Source: a bacterium (GTDB lineage Bacteria > UBA8248). Taken from it: a stretch of DNA of 64,000 nt. The stretch is from positions 2,304,001 through 2,368,000 of the forward strand of contig CBDBBI010000010.1 of NCBI GenBank assembly GCA_965202625.1. The letters run 5' to 3'. Each line of letters begins with the position of its first letter. The first letter of the stretch is position 1. The position numbers and the translations under genes are program-made. The notes below the pieces were generated by a model. That model was not told the DNA's origin. It searched no databases and worked only from the letters and a program-made list of their open reading frames with translations. Below, piece after piece: positions 1-10,428 of the stretch.

Positions 1-933
1 TACTACGTCCGCGTCGTCGCCGAGGACGAGGCGGGGATCACCCTGCGCGGTGCCAAGGTCCACACCTCCGTCTCCACCAACGCGCATGAGATCATCATAC
101 TGCCGACGAGAAACATGCGCGCGGGGGATGAGGCCTACGCGGTGGCTTGCGCCGTTCCGGCGAACGCCCCGGGCCTCACCATGCTCGCCAGCGGCTATGG
201 GGGCAGAAAGGGAACCGCGTTTGAAAACCCCATTTCCACCCGACACAAGATGATGGAGACCCTCACCGTATTCGAGGACGTGAAGGTTCCCTGGGAGCGC
301 GTGTTTCTGAACGGGGAGGTGGACATGGCCGGGCCACTGGCGAAAACGTTCGTGGAGTTTCACCGCTTCACCGCCGTGAGCTACAAACTGCCGCTCGTGG
401 ACCTTTTCGTTGGCGCGTCCCATTTGATGGCGGACTACAACGGCGTCCTGCGGGCGGGCCATGTGCGCGACAAGCTCGCCAGGCTCATCTCCTACGCGCA
501 AATCTGCCGGGGCATGACCCGCGAGGCCGCCCGGGAATGTCGGATGGTCGAAGGAGTCGCCGTGCCCAACGCGGAGATCATCAACGTCGCGAAACTCCAT
601 TTCGCGTCGGGCTATCATCAGGCGATCGCCTGGGTGCAGGACATCGCGGGCGGACTGCTCGTCACCGGGCCCAGCGCGGAGGATATGGAAGACCCGCAAC
701 TGGCGCGGCTGATCGAAAAATATCTGAGCGCCTCGCCCGCTGTGTCCGCCTCGGATCGGCTGAAACTGATGAACCTGCTCGCTGATCTCACGGCGTCGGA
801 CTTCGCCGGCTACCAGGCCGTACTGGCGGTTCACGCGGAGGGCAGCATTGAGGCGGAGAAGATGACGATCTGGCGCGAGCACGAGGTCGGGCCCGCCGTG
901 GAATACGCGAAACGGCTGGCGGGCATCTCATAA
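1..933 (+). CDS. HpaB / 4-hydroxybutyryl-CoA dehydratase family flavoprotein (5'-truncated by window)
   Basis: Frame open from base 1 (YYVRVVAEDEAGITLRGAKVHTS); motifs FEDVKVPWERVF and DIAGGLLVTGPS..HAEGS. Confidence 0.85.
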   Translation, partial: YYVRVVAEDEAGITLRGAKVHTSVSTNAHEIIILPTRNMRAGDEAYAVACAVPANAPGLTMLASGYGGRKGTAFENPISTRHKMMETLTVFEDVKVPWERVFLNGEVDMAGPLAKTFVEFHRFTAVSYKLPLVDLFVGASHLMADYNGVLRAGHVRDKLARLISYAQICRGMTREAARECRMVEGVAVPNAEIINVAKLHFASGYHQAIAWVQDIAGGLLVTGPSAEDMEDPQLARLIEKYLSASPAVSASDRLKLMNLLADLTASDFAGYQAVLAVHAEGSIEAEKMTIWREHEVGPAVEYAKRLAGIS

Positions 934-947
934 CCGGAGCGACCCCC

Positions 948-1658
948 ATGAGGACGACCCAGGCACTCGTCGCGATCTGGCTGAACGTCGCGCCGCAGAA
1001 CCATGAGGAATTCAGGCGATGGCACAACTGCGAGCACTCCACGGATAGAATGGACGGTCCCGGCTTTCGCGTCAGCTACCGCTACAACGCGATGGCACAG
1101 GATGCGCATCACGACTTCCTGTGCGTATTCGAGGGCGACGACCTCGCCGCTTTTGAGAGTGCCTACTATCTCGAATCGAGAAACAATCCCTCCCCCTGGA
1201 CGAGGAAATGTATGGCCTTCATCCGCGACGCCGAGCGCGCGGTGTTGAGCCTTCAGGAATCGGTCGGAGAACCCCATCGCTACGACGCGCCTTACGTTTA
1301 CGCGGTGAGCGTGAACCCCGCGGGCGGAGAGGACGTGAAGCGCGAAATTCTGGACTGGTACCGCGAAGAGCATCTGCCGCGCCTTTGCGCGCTCAAGGGG
1401 GTGACGCGGGGCCGCGTGTTCCAGCACGAGGCGGCCGCCACCGGAGGCGAGACGGCGGAGGCGAGAATTCAGGACACGAAGAGGAGCGGGCGCACCCTCC
1501 TGGCGATGTATGATCTGGAGGATCCGCACATTCCGGTTTCACAAGACTGGGCCGACGCCGCATACGGGACGCCCAGAAGCGCGGCCATGAAAATCCGGCT
1601 CAAAGAAATCATTCGGGAATCGTGGTGGCTCGACTTCGCCAAATGGAAACGGGAGTGA
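948..1658 (+). CDS. EthD/DUF4286-like dimeric alpha-beta barrel protein
   Basis: Two repeats of the W-H/Y-x-x-E-H motif (WHNCEH, WYREEHLP). Confidence 0.6.
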   Translation: MRTTQALVAIWLNVAPQNHEEFRRWHNCEHSTDRMDGPGFRVSYRYNAMAQDAHHDFLCVFEGDDLAAFESAYYLESRNNPSPWTRKCMAFIRDAERAVLSLQESVGEPHRYDAPYVYAVSVNPAGGEDVKREILDWYREEHLPRLCALKGVTRGRVFQHEAAATGGETAEARIQDTKRSGRTLLAMYDLEDPHIPVSQDWADAAYGTPRSAAMKIRLKEIIRESWWLDFAKWKRE

Positions 1659-1843
1659 ACGCAACCATCACCGAATGGTGCGCGAGAGAGAGGCGCGTGC
1701 GCCCTCCTTGCTGCGTGGATGCGAATTCCCGCAAATAAAAAAATGTACCAGAAGCGCCCACAGAAAGGGCGTTCTCCTCTCGGCGAAATGGGCGTATACT
1801 GAGAAGTTGTCCGCCCCGCTACCCCACAAGGAGCCTCGCGTCT

Positions 1844-2563
1844 ATGTGCCAGATCATCGACCTTTCCATGCCGGTGCACATGTGGATGGAGCGCTATCCA
1901 GGCACGCCGCAGCCCATCATCCAGATGATAGAGAGCACCCATGAGTCCGCAAAGCGCATCGGGACGGACAAGATGGGCTTTCCCGAATTGTTCGCGCACA
2001 GCGTGTGCATATTCAGTGAGCATTGTGGCACCCACATAGACGCGAGAAGCCACGGCGGGCAAAACGACTCCTGGTCAGAGCACATTCCGATCGATAAATG
2101 CTACGGTCCGGGGCTCAGGCTGGACCTGCGTCACAAGAAACCCGGAGAGCCGATTGAGGTGGATGACCTGAAAGCGGCCCTCACCAAGGCGGGCTGTGCC
2201 ATTCAAGGCGGAGAGATCGTCTTTCTCTGGACGGGCGCCGCTGCATATAACGACGAGCCGCGCTACCTGACAGATCACCCCGGCATGGTGGGCGAAAGCG
2301 CGGAATGGCTGATCGAGCAAGGCGTGCAGGTGATGGGCATCGACGCGCCGGGCTTCGACCTCCCCATCAAGGAGATGCTCGAAAGAAAAGACCCTTGGCC
2401 CTGCCATCGTCTGTTTCAGACGCGCGAATACTGGCACATTGAGAATCTCTGCCATCTCGACGCCATCCCCGCCGCTCAGGGGTTCATCGCCAGCGTTCTG
2501 CCGCTCCATTGGCGAGGCGCCACTGGAACCCACATTCGCGCCGTCGCCATCGTGAACGGGTAA
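1844..2563 (+). CDS. Cyclase family (kynurenine formamidase-like) metal hydrolase
   Basis: IIDLS start, HCGTHIDA, GIDAPGFD, HIENL motifs. Confidence 0.9.
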   Translation: MCQIIDLSMPVHMWMERYPGTPQPIIQMIESTHESAKRIGTDKMGFPELFAHSVCIFSEHCGTHIDARSHGGQNDSWSEHIPIDKCYGPGLRLDLRHKKPGEPIEVDDLKAALTKAGCAIQGGEIVFLWTGAAAYNDEPRYLTDHPGMVGESAEWLIEQGVQVMGIDAPGFDLPIKEMLERKDPWPCHRLFQTREYWHIENLCHLDAIPAAQGFIASVLPLHWRGATGTHIRAVAIVNG

Positions 2564-2580
2564 ATGGAAAAGCCGCTCCC

Positions 2581-3633
2581 GTGAGAAAGAGAACGGCGCG
2601 TACCCGGGGCAGCGTCACACGCTTTGTCGCCTCCCTGCTCCCCGCACTCATCTGGCCATTCTTCATGGGGGGCTGCGCGGAGGAGGTCAAATCGCCCGTA
2701 GCATGGAAAGCAAAGGCGAACGAAATCCCCAGAAGCAGAGAAGCGCGGGTCCACCTGTATGCGCGCACGCTGCGGGCGCGCCTGGCTTCCGACCCCTACC
2801 CTTTGATCGACACGGAAATCTCGCTCGGCGGATGGAAGAGCGCAGCACAACTCATAGAGGAAATGAACCGCGCGGGAGTCGCCTTGGCCGCGATCACCGC
2901 CGCAAGCGAAGACGCCATCAAAAAAGCGTCGGATCGCTACCCCGGCCGATTGATTCCGCTCACCACCTCATCCGCTCCCGAAAGCGGGGCGCAAGCGGAA
3001 GGCCGCCGCCTTGCCGACCTCAAGCGTCAACTTGCCCAAGGCGCGTTCGGAATCGGTAAAATTACCTGGCGGCCGGCACCCTCCGATCAAGTCGAAGCGG
3101 CCCGGGCGGGCGAGACGCTGGGGGCGATTATTCGCTTGGCCAAAGAGCGGCGCGCGCCCCTTTGGATCGAGATGGCGCCCGATGACGCTGGCCTGGGACG
3201 GCTCGAGCGCCATTTGAGGGAAGTGCCCGAGGCGAAAATCATCTGGACGCAAGCCGGCAGAATACCCGATCCGGACGCTCTTCCCGGCTATGGGCACGGC
3301 CTTTTGAGGGCATTGAGCCTCAGACACGTCCACCTCTTCTTCACGTTGACCCAAGAGCCCCCCCCCCCTACCGGCCTTCTGGCTGCGCGAACGAATCATC
3401 TCTTCGATCCGGCAGGTGCGCTTTCTCTCGAATGGCGGGCTTTGCTTGAGTCTCGGGTGCGACATTTCATGGTCGGAAGCGGTTTTTCATCCACGGACAA
3501 CCGGGCGACATACGCGAGAAAGACGCGCCTTTTTCGTCAAAACGTTCTCGCAAAAATAAGCCCGTCCGCCAGAGGGCGCATCGCATACCAAAACGCATGG
3601 CGTCTGTTGATGCGCCAGGACTGGAAGCCCTGA
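2581..3633 (+). CDS. Amidohydrolase_2-like TIM-barrel protein, probable lipoprotein; metal ligands look degenerate
   Basis: MGGC lipobox-like segment; PLIDTE, EMNRAGV, GIGKI, FMVGSG, RIAYQNAWRLL. Start uncertain. Confidence 0.55.
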   Translation: MRKRTARTRGSVTRFVASLLPALIWPFFMGGCAEEVKSPVAWKAKANEIPRSREARVHLYARTLRARLASDPYPLIDTEISLGGWKSAAQLIEEMNRAGVALAAITAASEDAIKKASDRYPGRLIPLTTSSAPESGAQAEGRRLADLKRQLAQGAFGIGKITWRPAPSDQVEAARAGETLGAIIRLAKERRAPLWIEMAPDDAGLGRLERHLREVPEAKIIWTQAGRIPDPDALPGYGHGLLRALSLRHVHLFFTLTQEPPPPTGLLAARTNHLFDPAGALSLEWRALLESRVRHFMVGSGFSSTDNRATYARKTRLFRQNVLAKISPSARGRIAYQNAWRLLMRQDWKP

Positions 3634-3759
3634 GCGCAAAACCTTCTCCGCCCGTTGCGACAAGGCGGAGGGGTGGGGATAATGGGGTTTTCTGCGCGTC
3701 GGAACCGTTCCGGAAAATAGTTTGCCAAGCGAAAAGCCCACGAGCGAGGAGTTCGCCCC

Positions 3760-4908
3760 ATGCACAGCATACGCCACCCGAAAAGAACCTGGTTTGGCTT
3801 AGGGACCATCGAAAAACTGAAAGACGAGGCGACGTTTCTGGGCGCTGCGAACGCGCTTTTCTTCACGGACAAGGGCGTGAGGGGCGCAGGCGTGGCGGAC
3901 ATGGCGCTGGCGCCCCTGAAAGAGGCCGGCGTGGAAGTTACGATATACGACGAATGCCCGCCTGAGCCCGCCATAGGCGATCTCGAAAAGGCTTTCTCCG
4001 AATGCAAAGGCCGTCCTTTCGACCTCGTCGTCGGAGTCGGAGGTGGCAGTTCGATGGACATGGCGAAATCCATCGGCATATTGCTGGGAAACGACGGCGC
4101 GCCGAGGGATTATCTGGGGGTTGAGCGCGTGCCGAAACCCGGCGTTCCCACCATTCTGGCGCCCACCACGAGCGGAACCGGCGCGGAAGCCACGCCCAAT
4201 GCCATCTTCTCGGTACCAGAGGAGCAGGTGAAACTGGCGATCGTCAGCACGCACGTCATTCCGTTCGCTGCGATCGTCGATCCGAACCTCACGCTTTCCG
4301 CACCCCCCAAGGTCACCTCCGCCGCCGGTGTGGACGCCTTCACGCATTGCCTGGAAACCTACGTGGCCAGAAACGCCACTCCCTTGAGCGAGATGTACAG
4401 CCTGGAAGGCATGAAGCGCATCGCCCGCTCCTTAAAGCGGGTATGCGATGACGGCGGCGATATCGAAGCCAGGACCGACATGGCGCTCGGCTCCTATTAC
4501 GGAGGCGTCGCGCTCGCCGGCGCGGGGGCGGGCGCCATCCACGCCCTGGCGTATCCGCTCGGCTCTCGGTTTCACATCCCTCACGGAGTCAGCAATGCCC
4601 TGATGTTCCCCCACGTCATGAAAGAAAACCATACGGTCGCGCCCGAGAAATTCGCCCGCATAGCCCGGTTGCTGGGCGCGCCGGTGGATAGCGCCTCCCC
4701 TGCCGAGGCGGCCGCGCTCTCCGTCGGCGCGGTAGAGAAGCTCTGCCGTGATTGCGGGGTCCCCACCCGGCTCGGTGAAGTGGACGTTCCCGCTCACGCC
4801 ATACCGGAGCTGGCGGAAGCCGCCTTCAAACTCGAACGTCTTTTAAGTTGCAATCCCAAAGAACTGACGCTTGAGGACATCGAGAGAATCTACCGCGCGG
4901 CTGCTTGA
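3760..4908 (+). CDS. Iron-containing alcohol dehydrogenase
   Basis: GGGSSMD, PTTSGTGAEAT, DAFTHCLE, HALAYPLG, PHGVSNA motifs. Confidence 0.95.
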   Translation: MHSIRHPKRTWFGLGTIEKLKDEATFLGAANALFFTDKGVRGAGVADMALAPLKEAGVEVTIYDECPPEPAIGDLEKAFSECKGRPFDLVVGVGGGSSMDMAKSIGILLGNDGAPRDYLGVERVPKPGVPTILAPTTSGTGAEATPNAIFSVPEEQVKLAIVSTHVIPFAAIVDPNLTLSAPPKVTSAAGVDAFTHCLETYVARNATPLSEMYSLEGMKRIARSLKRVCDDGGDIEARTDMALGSYYGGVALAGAGAGAIHALAYPLGSRFHIPHGVSNALMFPHVMKENHTVAPEKFARIARLLGAPVDSASPAEAAALSVGAVEKLCRDCGVPTRLGEVDVPAHAIPELAEAAFKLERLLSCNPKELTLEDIERIYRAAA

Positions 4909-5696
4909 AAATGCGGATACAATCTACCACCTCGCGCAGCCTGGGCCCGATGATGGGTATTTCTTGCGGAGATATGGTCTGCGTTATGGGCGCCGGCGGC
5001 AAGGCCACGATCATGAAGCGGCTCATTCGGGAGATGCTGGATGAGCGCTTTCCCGTCATCATCACCAGCACCACGAATCTCCACGCTCTGGGTGGAGAGA
5101 ATGCGCCGCACGTTCTGCTGAGCGAGGAGGGGCGATTCGCTCTGCAATCCGCCACTCAGGATTGGGCCGAGCGCGGCGCCGTCGTTTGGGTGGAGAAAAA
5201 ATTGCCCCAAAATATGTTTCGCGGCCTTGACGTGAGCCAGGTGGAGGCCTTGGGCCGATCAGATTTTCATGGCGTGATCATAGTGAAGACGGACGGCGCG
5301 AGAAAGCGACTCATCAAGGCGCCGGGGCCGCATGAGCCGGTCGTTCCCCAAGGCGCCACGCATTGCGTCCTCGTCCTGGGGCTGATTGCGGTTGGACGAG
5401 AAGCGAATGAGAAAACCATCCATCGCATGGAAAAGGTTTGCTCCGCAACGGGTCTGAAAGCCGGAGACGTCATCGAACCGCGCCATTTGGCGATTCTGGC
5501 AAGTCATCCGAGCAGCTATCCGCTCCGCTTTCCTCAAAACGCGAAGAAGATACTTTACCTGAGCCATTGCGCCTCAAAAAAATCTCTCCACGACGCGCAA
5601 GCGGTATGCAGTGCCATACCGGACGGCGCCTACGACCTCCTCATCGGAGGCGATTCCGTATCGGGAAATTTTCATCTCTGGAGAGTAAACGAATGA
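4905..5696 (+). CDS. yqeC: Selenium-dependent molybdenum hydroxylase accessory protein YqeC
   Basis: GAGGKAT, VIITSTT, DGARKRLIKAPGPHEPVVP; 4-nt overlaps with both neighbours. Confidence 0.85.
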   Translation: MKMRIQSTTSRSLGPMMGISCGDMVCVMGAGGKATIMKRLIREMLDERFPVIITSTTNLHALGGENAPHVLLSEEGRFALQSATQDWAERGAVVWVEKKLPQNMFRGLDVSQVEALGRSDFHGVIIVKTDGARKRLIKAPGPHEPVVPQGATHCVLVLGLIAVGREANEKTIHRMEKVCSATGLKAGDVIEPRHLAILASHPSSYPLRFPQNAKKILYLSHCASKKSLHDAQAVCSAIPDGAYDLLIGGDSVSGNFHLWRVNE

Positions 5697-6865
5697 TTGG
5701 CGCGGCGGCCATCAGAGAATCTCTCGAAACCCGCAAGGGTGAAATTATCGAGCAAATCGCGCACGTGGTGAACATCGACTCCCCGACGTTCCCCAGCCAG
5801 GGAACAAACGCGGTTTCTTCTCATTTTGCGGAGGCATACCGGAGCATGGGGGCCGACGTAGAGATGATTCCCGGAACGCATGAAACAGGGGATCACCTTT
5901 TGGCGACGTTTCATGGCGCGCGGAAAGACGGCCCCCAGATATTCGTGATCGGGCATTGTGATACCGTCTTTCCAGAGGAAACCGCCGCGCGAAGGCCGTT
6001 CACCATCAAGAAGAACCTTGCCTACGGCCCCGGAGTCGCCGACATGAAGGGGTGCCTGGTAGTCTGTCAATTCGTGATGGAAGCGCTGCTGGCGGAGGGA
6101 TTCCGGGAGTTCTCGAGAATTCAGGTTTTATACGACACGGATGAGGAGCGCGGAAATCCCTCCTCCAGAAAGGCGATAGAACAAATCGGAAAAGACGCCG
6201 CAGTTGCGCTGATCATCGAGTCCGGTCGCGCAGACGGCTCCATCGTATCTTCGAGAAAGGGAAGTTGCTACGGGAGGTTGCGCGCGCGGGGAATTCCGGC
6301 CCATGCGGGAGTCGAACCCGATAAAGGCCGAAGCGCCGTGCATGAACTCGCCCGCCAAATGGTTGTCATCCAAGGCCTGGAGCGCGAGGGCGGGACGATC
6401 AACATCACCGGACTCTCGGGCGGAGAGAGGCCGCACATCGTGGCGGATGAGGCTTCTTGCCACGTCGAAATACGCGCAGATCGGCAAGCGACCCTCCATT
6501 CCATGGCGAATGCGCTGTGCCGAATGATTGCGGAGCCCCACATCGAGGGAACGCATCTGGAATTTCAGAAACTCGGCGGAAGGCCCGCTATGGAATGCAA
6601 CCAGGGAACGGAGAAACTCCTCCTCGCAGCGGGCAAAATCGCCCGGAATGCGGGCGTCCAATTTCGGCATACTCCCACCGGCGGGGGTTCTGATGGCAAT
6701 TATCTCTCCCCGCTTGGAGTCGCGATTCTCGACGGACTGGGGCCCGTGGGGGGAAACTTGCATACGGAGGAGGAATATCTGGAACTCGACTCCATCGCTC
6801 CAAGAGGCGCGCTGCTTGCGGGATTGATCGAAAGTGTATCGTCGACTTACGATGGGTGCCTTTGA
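5693..6865 (+). CDS. M20 family metallopeptidase (glutamate carboxypeptidase-like)
   Basis: GHCDTVF, GPGVADMKG, DEERG, AHAG, GGGSDGN, LHTEEEY; ATGA coupling to yqeC. Confidence 0.9.
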   Translation: MIGAAAIRESLETRKGEIIEQIAHVVNIDSPTFPSQGTNAVSSHFAEAYRSMGADVEMIPGTHETGDHLLATFHGARKDGPQIFVIGHCDTVFPEETAARRPFTIKKNLAYGPGVADMKGCLVVCQFVMEALLAEGFREFSRIQVLYDTDEERGNPSSRKAIEQIGKDAAVALIIESGRADGSIVSSRKGSCYGRLRARGIPAHAGVEPDKGRSAVHELARQMVVIQGLEREGGTINITGLSGGERPHIVADEASCHVEIRADRQATLHSMANALCRMIAEPHIEGTHLEFQKLGGRPAMECNQGTEKLLLAAGKIARNAGVQFRHTPTGGGSDGNYLSPLGVAILDGLGPVGGNLHTEEEYLELDSIAPRGALLAGLIESVSSTYDGCL

Positions 6866-7890
6866 GGTGGGAAATGCTCCCAGGCAAGGTTTTCCAGCTC
6901 CACGATCCCGTTTGCGCATTCCAGGGAAATTCCCTCAGAAGCCGGCAAGATTTCTCCGACAGGCGTGAGAGGCACTCCCCCCGCTCCTCGAACGACCTCA
7001 TGGAGAGCGCAAACCGATTCTGCGGGCGCCGTGATGAGAAGCTCATAGTCCTCTCCGCCGCGCAACGCCCATTCACGAGCGTCTTGCGCTGTGCGAGACG
7101 CCAATGCAAGCAGGGCGGGGGACAAGGGCAGTTCTCTCTCCCAAAGGACGGCGCCCGCCCCGCTCGCATCGCACAGGTGATGGATATCGCCCGCCAGACC
7201 ATCGCTGACGTCCATCATAGACGTGGCCAATCCAGATTCCGCGATAGCCGCCCCTTCCGCAACGCGAGGCTGCGGCTTCAGCTGGGCGGAGACAAGACGC
7301 GCATATACGTCTTCGCGTATGGGGGTCTGCGGCCGGGACAATACGTGCAGTCCCCCGGCCGCATCGCCCAAGTATCCGGTGACGAGAATCTGATCTCCCA
7401 CGCGCGCGCCTTTGCGGCACAGAACGTGTTCTCGCCTCATCTCGCCTACGATAAACACGTCGACGAACAAAGGCCCATCCGTTCGTGTGACGTTTCCGCC
7501 CAGAATCACGATGCGGTATCGCTCTGAGAGCACGCGAATACCCTCATAGACGTCATCCAGAAACGGGACGTCCGTGTCCTCGGGTATGCCCAGCGAGATG
7601 AGCGCGAAGCGCGGTTTCGCTCCCATGGCCGATACGTCGCTCACGTTCACCGCCAACGACTTATAGCCAACGGCGAAGCCAGAAGCGTCTTCAACGGATG
7701 GAAAATGAACGCCGCTCACCTGCGAATCGCACGTCATCACCCAGCATTTTCCCTCTCCCGCCTTGATGACGGCCGCGTCATCTCCATTGCCAACGATGAC
7801 GTCCGCGTCATCCCGCACCGCGCCCAGTTTGCCTCTCAGACGAGCGAGCAGGGCGAACTCGCCGAATCCCTTCGCCGATTCGCCGCTCAT
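6847..7890 (-). CDS. thiL: Thiamine-monophosphate kinase
   Basis: GEFALL, GDDAAV, NVSDVSAMGA, MDVSDGL, GGEDYELL. Confidence 0.95.
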   Translation of the reverse strand: MSGESAKGFGEFALLARLRGKLGAVRDDADVIVGNGDDAAVIKAGEGKCWVMTCDSQVSGVHFPSVEDASGFAVGYKSLAVNVSDVSAMGAKPRFALISLGIPEDTDVPFLDDVYEGIRVLSERYRIVILGGNVTRTDGPLFVDVFIVGEMRREHVLCRKGARVGDQILVTGYLGDAAGGLHVLSRPQTPIREDVYARLVSAQLKPQPRVAEGAAIAESGLATSMMDVSDGLAGDIHHLCDASGAGAVLWERELPLSPALLALASRTAQDAREWALRGGEDYELLITAPAESVCALHEVVRGAGGVPLTPVGEILPASEGISLECANGIVELENLAWEHFPPQRHPS

Positions 7891-8540
7891 CCCCTCGCCT
7901 TTTCGATGCGACTGCGCAGCGCTCTGGCCGCAGATTCCGGATTGGACGCTCCCATAACCGCGCCGATCACGGCGACTCCGGAAGCGCCGGCCTCGATAAC
8001 AGATTCTACGTTCTCGACGCTGATTCCCCCGATGGCGACGGCGGGCAATTCCGGAGTTTGTCGGATGATTCTTCGGAACCCTTCCGGCCCAATCGGCACC
8101 CTCGCATCTGCCTTGCTCCCCGTCTCATAAATGGGGCCTACGCCGATATAATCCGCACCCTCCGCCGCGGCGCGCGACGCCCATGCAGATTTGCCGGCCG
8201 TCACGCCATAGAACAGAGCGTCGCCGGCTATCGCTTTGGCCCGCTGAAGCGGAAAATCCGCTTGTCCGAGATGCACTCCATCCGCGTGCGAGGCCATCGC
8301 CACGTCAAGCCGATCGTTCACAGTGAAGGTGCAATCGGCACCCTCCAGCACCTCTTTTAACGCATCCGCCAAACGAAGCATTTCCAGGTTGTGCATATTT
8401 TTCTCTCGAAACTGCACCATGCTCGCCCCGCCAGCTGCGGCCGCGCGAACGGCGTCCTTCAACTTCCATCCGGAAGCCTGCGCAAGCATTCTCTCATCGG
8501 TGATGACGATCAAAGACGGGTCAAATTCCATGATGACCAC
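7887..8540 (-). CDS. thiE: Thiamine-phosphate synthase
   Basis: VQFREK, NDRLDVA, GVHLGQAD, TGSK, VAIGGI. Confidence 0.95.
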   Translation of the reverse strand: MVIMEFDPSLIVITDERMLAQASGWKLKDAVRAAAAGGASMVQFREKNMHNLEMLRLADALKEVLEGADCTFTVNDRLDVAMASHADGVHLGQADFPLQRAKAIAGDALFYGVTAGKSAWASRAAAEGADYIGVGPIYETGSKADARVPIGPEGFRRIIRQTPELPAVAIGGISVENVESVIEAGASGVAVIGAVMGASNPESAARALRSRIEKARG

Positions 8541-8618
8541 AAGATGAAAAGCGTCCCCCTTGATAATAGGGACGCGGACTTCACGATGGGCGATATCAGT
8601 CCACCCCTAGCCCGTCGT

Positions 8619-9230
8619 TCAAGAGTCCCGTCCGGCCAGCGCGACCATTTTCTTTCCAGCGGCGGATTCTCCAGCGGCTGCTTTGTTCTGAAGCGCGCGG
8701 TGAATAAGATCGCGCGCCCGGGCGCCATTCCAATCGGCCGAACCCACAACCCAGGCGGCCAATTTCTGGGCACGGTCGATAAGATACGCTGTCGGCACAA
8801 AACGCACGTTGTGCGTGCGGCGAGACGCCCATTTCTGATCGTGTAAAATTGGATAGTTCAGATTCTTGCTCTCGGCCCACCTTCGCACAAGATTGGGGCC
8901 AGCCGCATCTACGGAAACGGCCAAAACCGTAAAGCCTTTCCCTTCATATGTATTCTGAAGGGCGGAGAACTTGGGCATCTCCTCAGCGCATAGCGGACAC
9001 CAGGTGGCGAAAAAAACGAGCACCACCGCCTTGCCCTTGAAATCGCTGAGGCTATGGGGCTTCCCCGCGAGGTCTGGATGTTGAAAATCCGGCGGCGGGG
9101 CGGAATTCGGGGGCGCCGCCCTCAAAACGTTGAAGCGTTCTTGGGCGTCCGCCGGAGAAATCGACATGGCAAAAAAACACAAGGCGCCAAGAGCGAGACA
9201 TGGAAGTGTGCGGAATGAAATTGGTCGCAT
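8619..9230 (-). CDS. TlpA/ResA-like thiol-disulfide oxidoreductase, exported
   Basis: Signal peptide, FATWCPLC (CxxC), PTAYLID; AAGGAG RBS. Confidence 0.9.
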   Translation of the reverse strand: MRPISFRTLPCLALGALCFFAMSISPADAQERFNVLRAAPPNSAPPPDFQHPDLAGKPHSLSDFKGKAVVLVFFATWCPLCAEEMPKFSALQNTYEGKGFTVLAVSVDAAGPNLVRRWAESKNLNYPILHDQKWASRRTHNVRFVPTAYLIDRAQKLAAWVVGSADWNGARARDLIHRALQNKAAAGESAAGKKMVALAGRDS

Positions 9231-9338
9231 GACGCTCCTTTGTGTAAACTGACAAGCGGCCTGGTGCAAGATAGCACATTTCAGATGATGCGAACCAAAG
9301 GAGCCTTGCGCCAAATCCCCATCAAAAGGAGCGCGCCT

Positions 9339-10199
9339 ATGTGGTTTGTCCTCGTCGCTCTATCGCTCCTCGCCTTTCCTGTTTCCGCAGAGGCCGCACT
9401 TCATGCCTGCGGGAGAGATTCTCATAAAGTCGTCAAAATTCCCGAAGGCCCCTTTTGGATGGGAAGCGACAGGGCCGAGCGTGACTACGCTTATCGAATC
9501 GGCAGCCGCACCGCGCGCAGATGGCGCTGGTTCGACAACTGGGAGCGGCAGCGCAAGCGCGTCTTTCTGCCCGCGTATTTCATCGACAAAAATCTGACGA
9601 CCCATGCCGAATACCGCCGCTTCGTCTGGGAGAGCGGCCACCGCGCTCCCTTCATCTCTCCCAAGGATTACGAGCACCAGGGCTACCTCGTCCATCCCTA
9701 TGCGTCCGTGCGCCGCTATCTTTGGATACAAGGCAAAAATGGCAGGCCGACATACCCCAAAACCCTGAAGGATCACCCCGTTGTGCTGGTAAGCCAATCC
9801 GACGCGGAGGCCTATTGCGCCTGGCGGGGCGGAAAATCTCGCGCGCAATACCGACTGCCCACCGAGTCGGAATGGGAAAAAGCGGCGCGCGGTGCCGACG
9901 CCAGATACTTCCCCTGGGGCAGTGTTTTCGCTCCCGAACGCCTGAACTATGGCTACAAAGTGCGCGGCACAACGCCTGTAGGCGCATACCCAAAGGGCGC
10001 AAGCCCATACGGAGTGCTCGACATGGCCGGAAACGTCTTCGAGTGGACGTCCACGCCGTTTTCTCCATCAAAAGCCACGATGAAAGGCGGCGGGTCCTGG
10101 GACGATCAGCCAGGCATCACGCGCGCAGCCGCTCGTCATGGACGAGACCCGAGCACCCGACACCTACTTTTTGGTTTTCGGTGCGTCTGCTCGAACTGA
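9339..10199 (+). CDS. Formylglycine-generating enzyme (SUMF1/EgtB-like) domain protein, exported
   Basis: FWMGS, HPVVLVS, RLPTESEWEKAARG, DMAGNVFEW, GFRC. Confidence 0.9.
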   Translation: MWFVLVALSLLAFPVSAEAALHACGRDSHKVVKIPEGPFWMGSDRAERDYAYRIGSRTARRWRWFDNWERQRKRVFLPAYFIDKNLTTHAEYRRFVWESGHRAPFISPKDYEHQGYLVHPYASVRRYLWIQGKNGRPTYPKTLKDHPVVLVSQSDAEAYCAWRGGKSRAQYRLPTESEWEKAARGADARYFPWGSVFAPERLNYGYKVRGTTPVGAYPKGASPYGVLDMAGNVFEWTSTPFSPSKATMKGGGSWDDQPGITRAAARHGRDPSTRHLLFGFRCVCSN

Positions 10200-10428
10200 G
10201 AAGGCTGGATGCTCCATGGGGCATCGCCGACCGCATTCTCAAGCACTTGCATAGCGCGGGTTTGAAGGAGGAAAACATTGTCGATACCATCACGGCCTCG
10301 TCGCAGAGAAAACTTCGCAAACCGAGTGCCTGTGTTTGCCGCTGCCTCCAGCGCCTCTTTATAGCGAAAAATATCGAAGACATCGAAAGAGGGAAAAGCG
10401 ACTCTTGAGAGATGAAAAAGGAAAATTC

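Noticed and set aside
8541-8620. TPP riboswitch upstream of thiE-thiL
   Set aside because: The gap is short and lacks the CTGAGA/ACCTG core motifs
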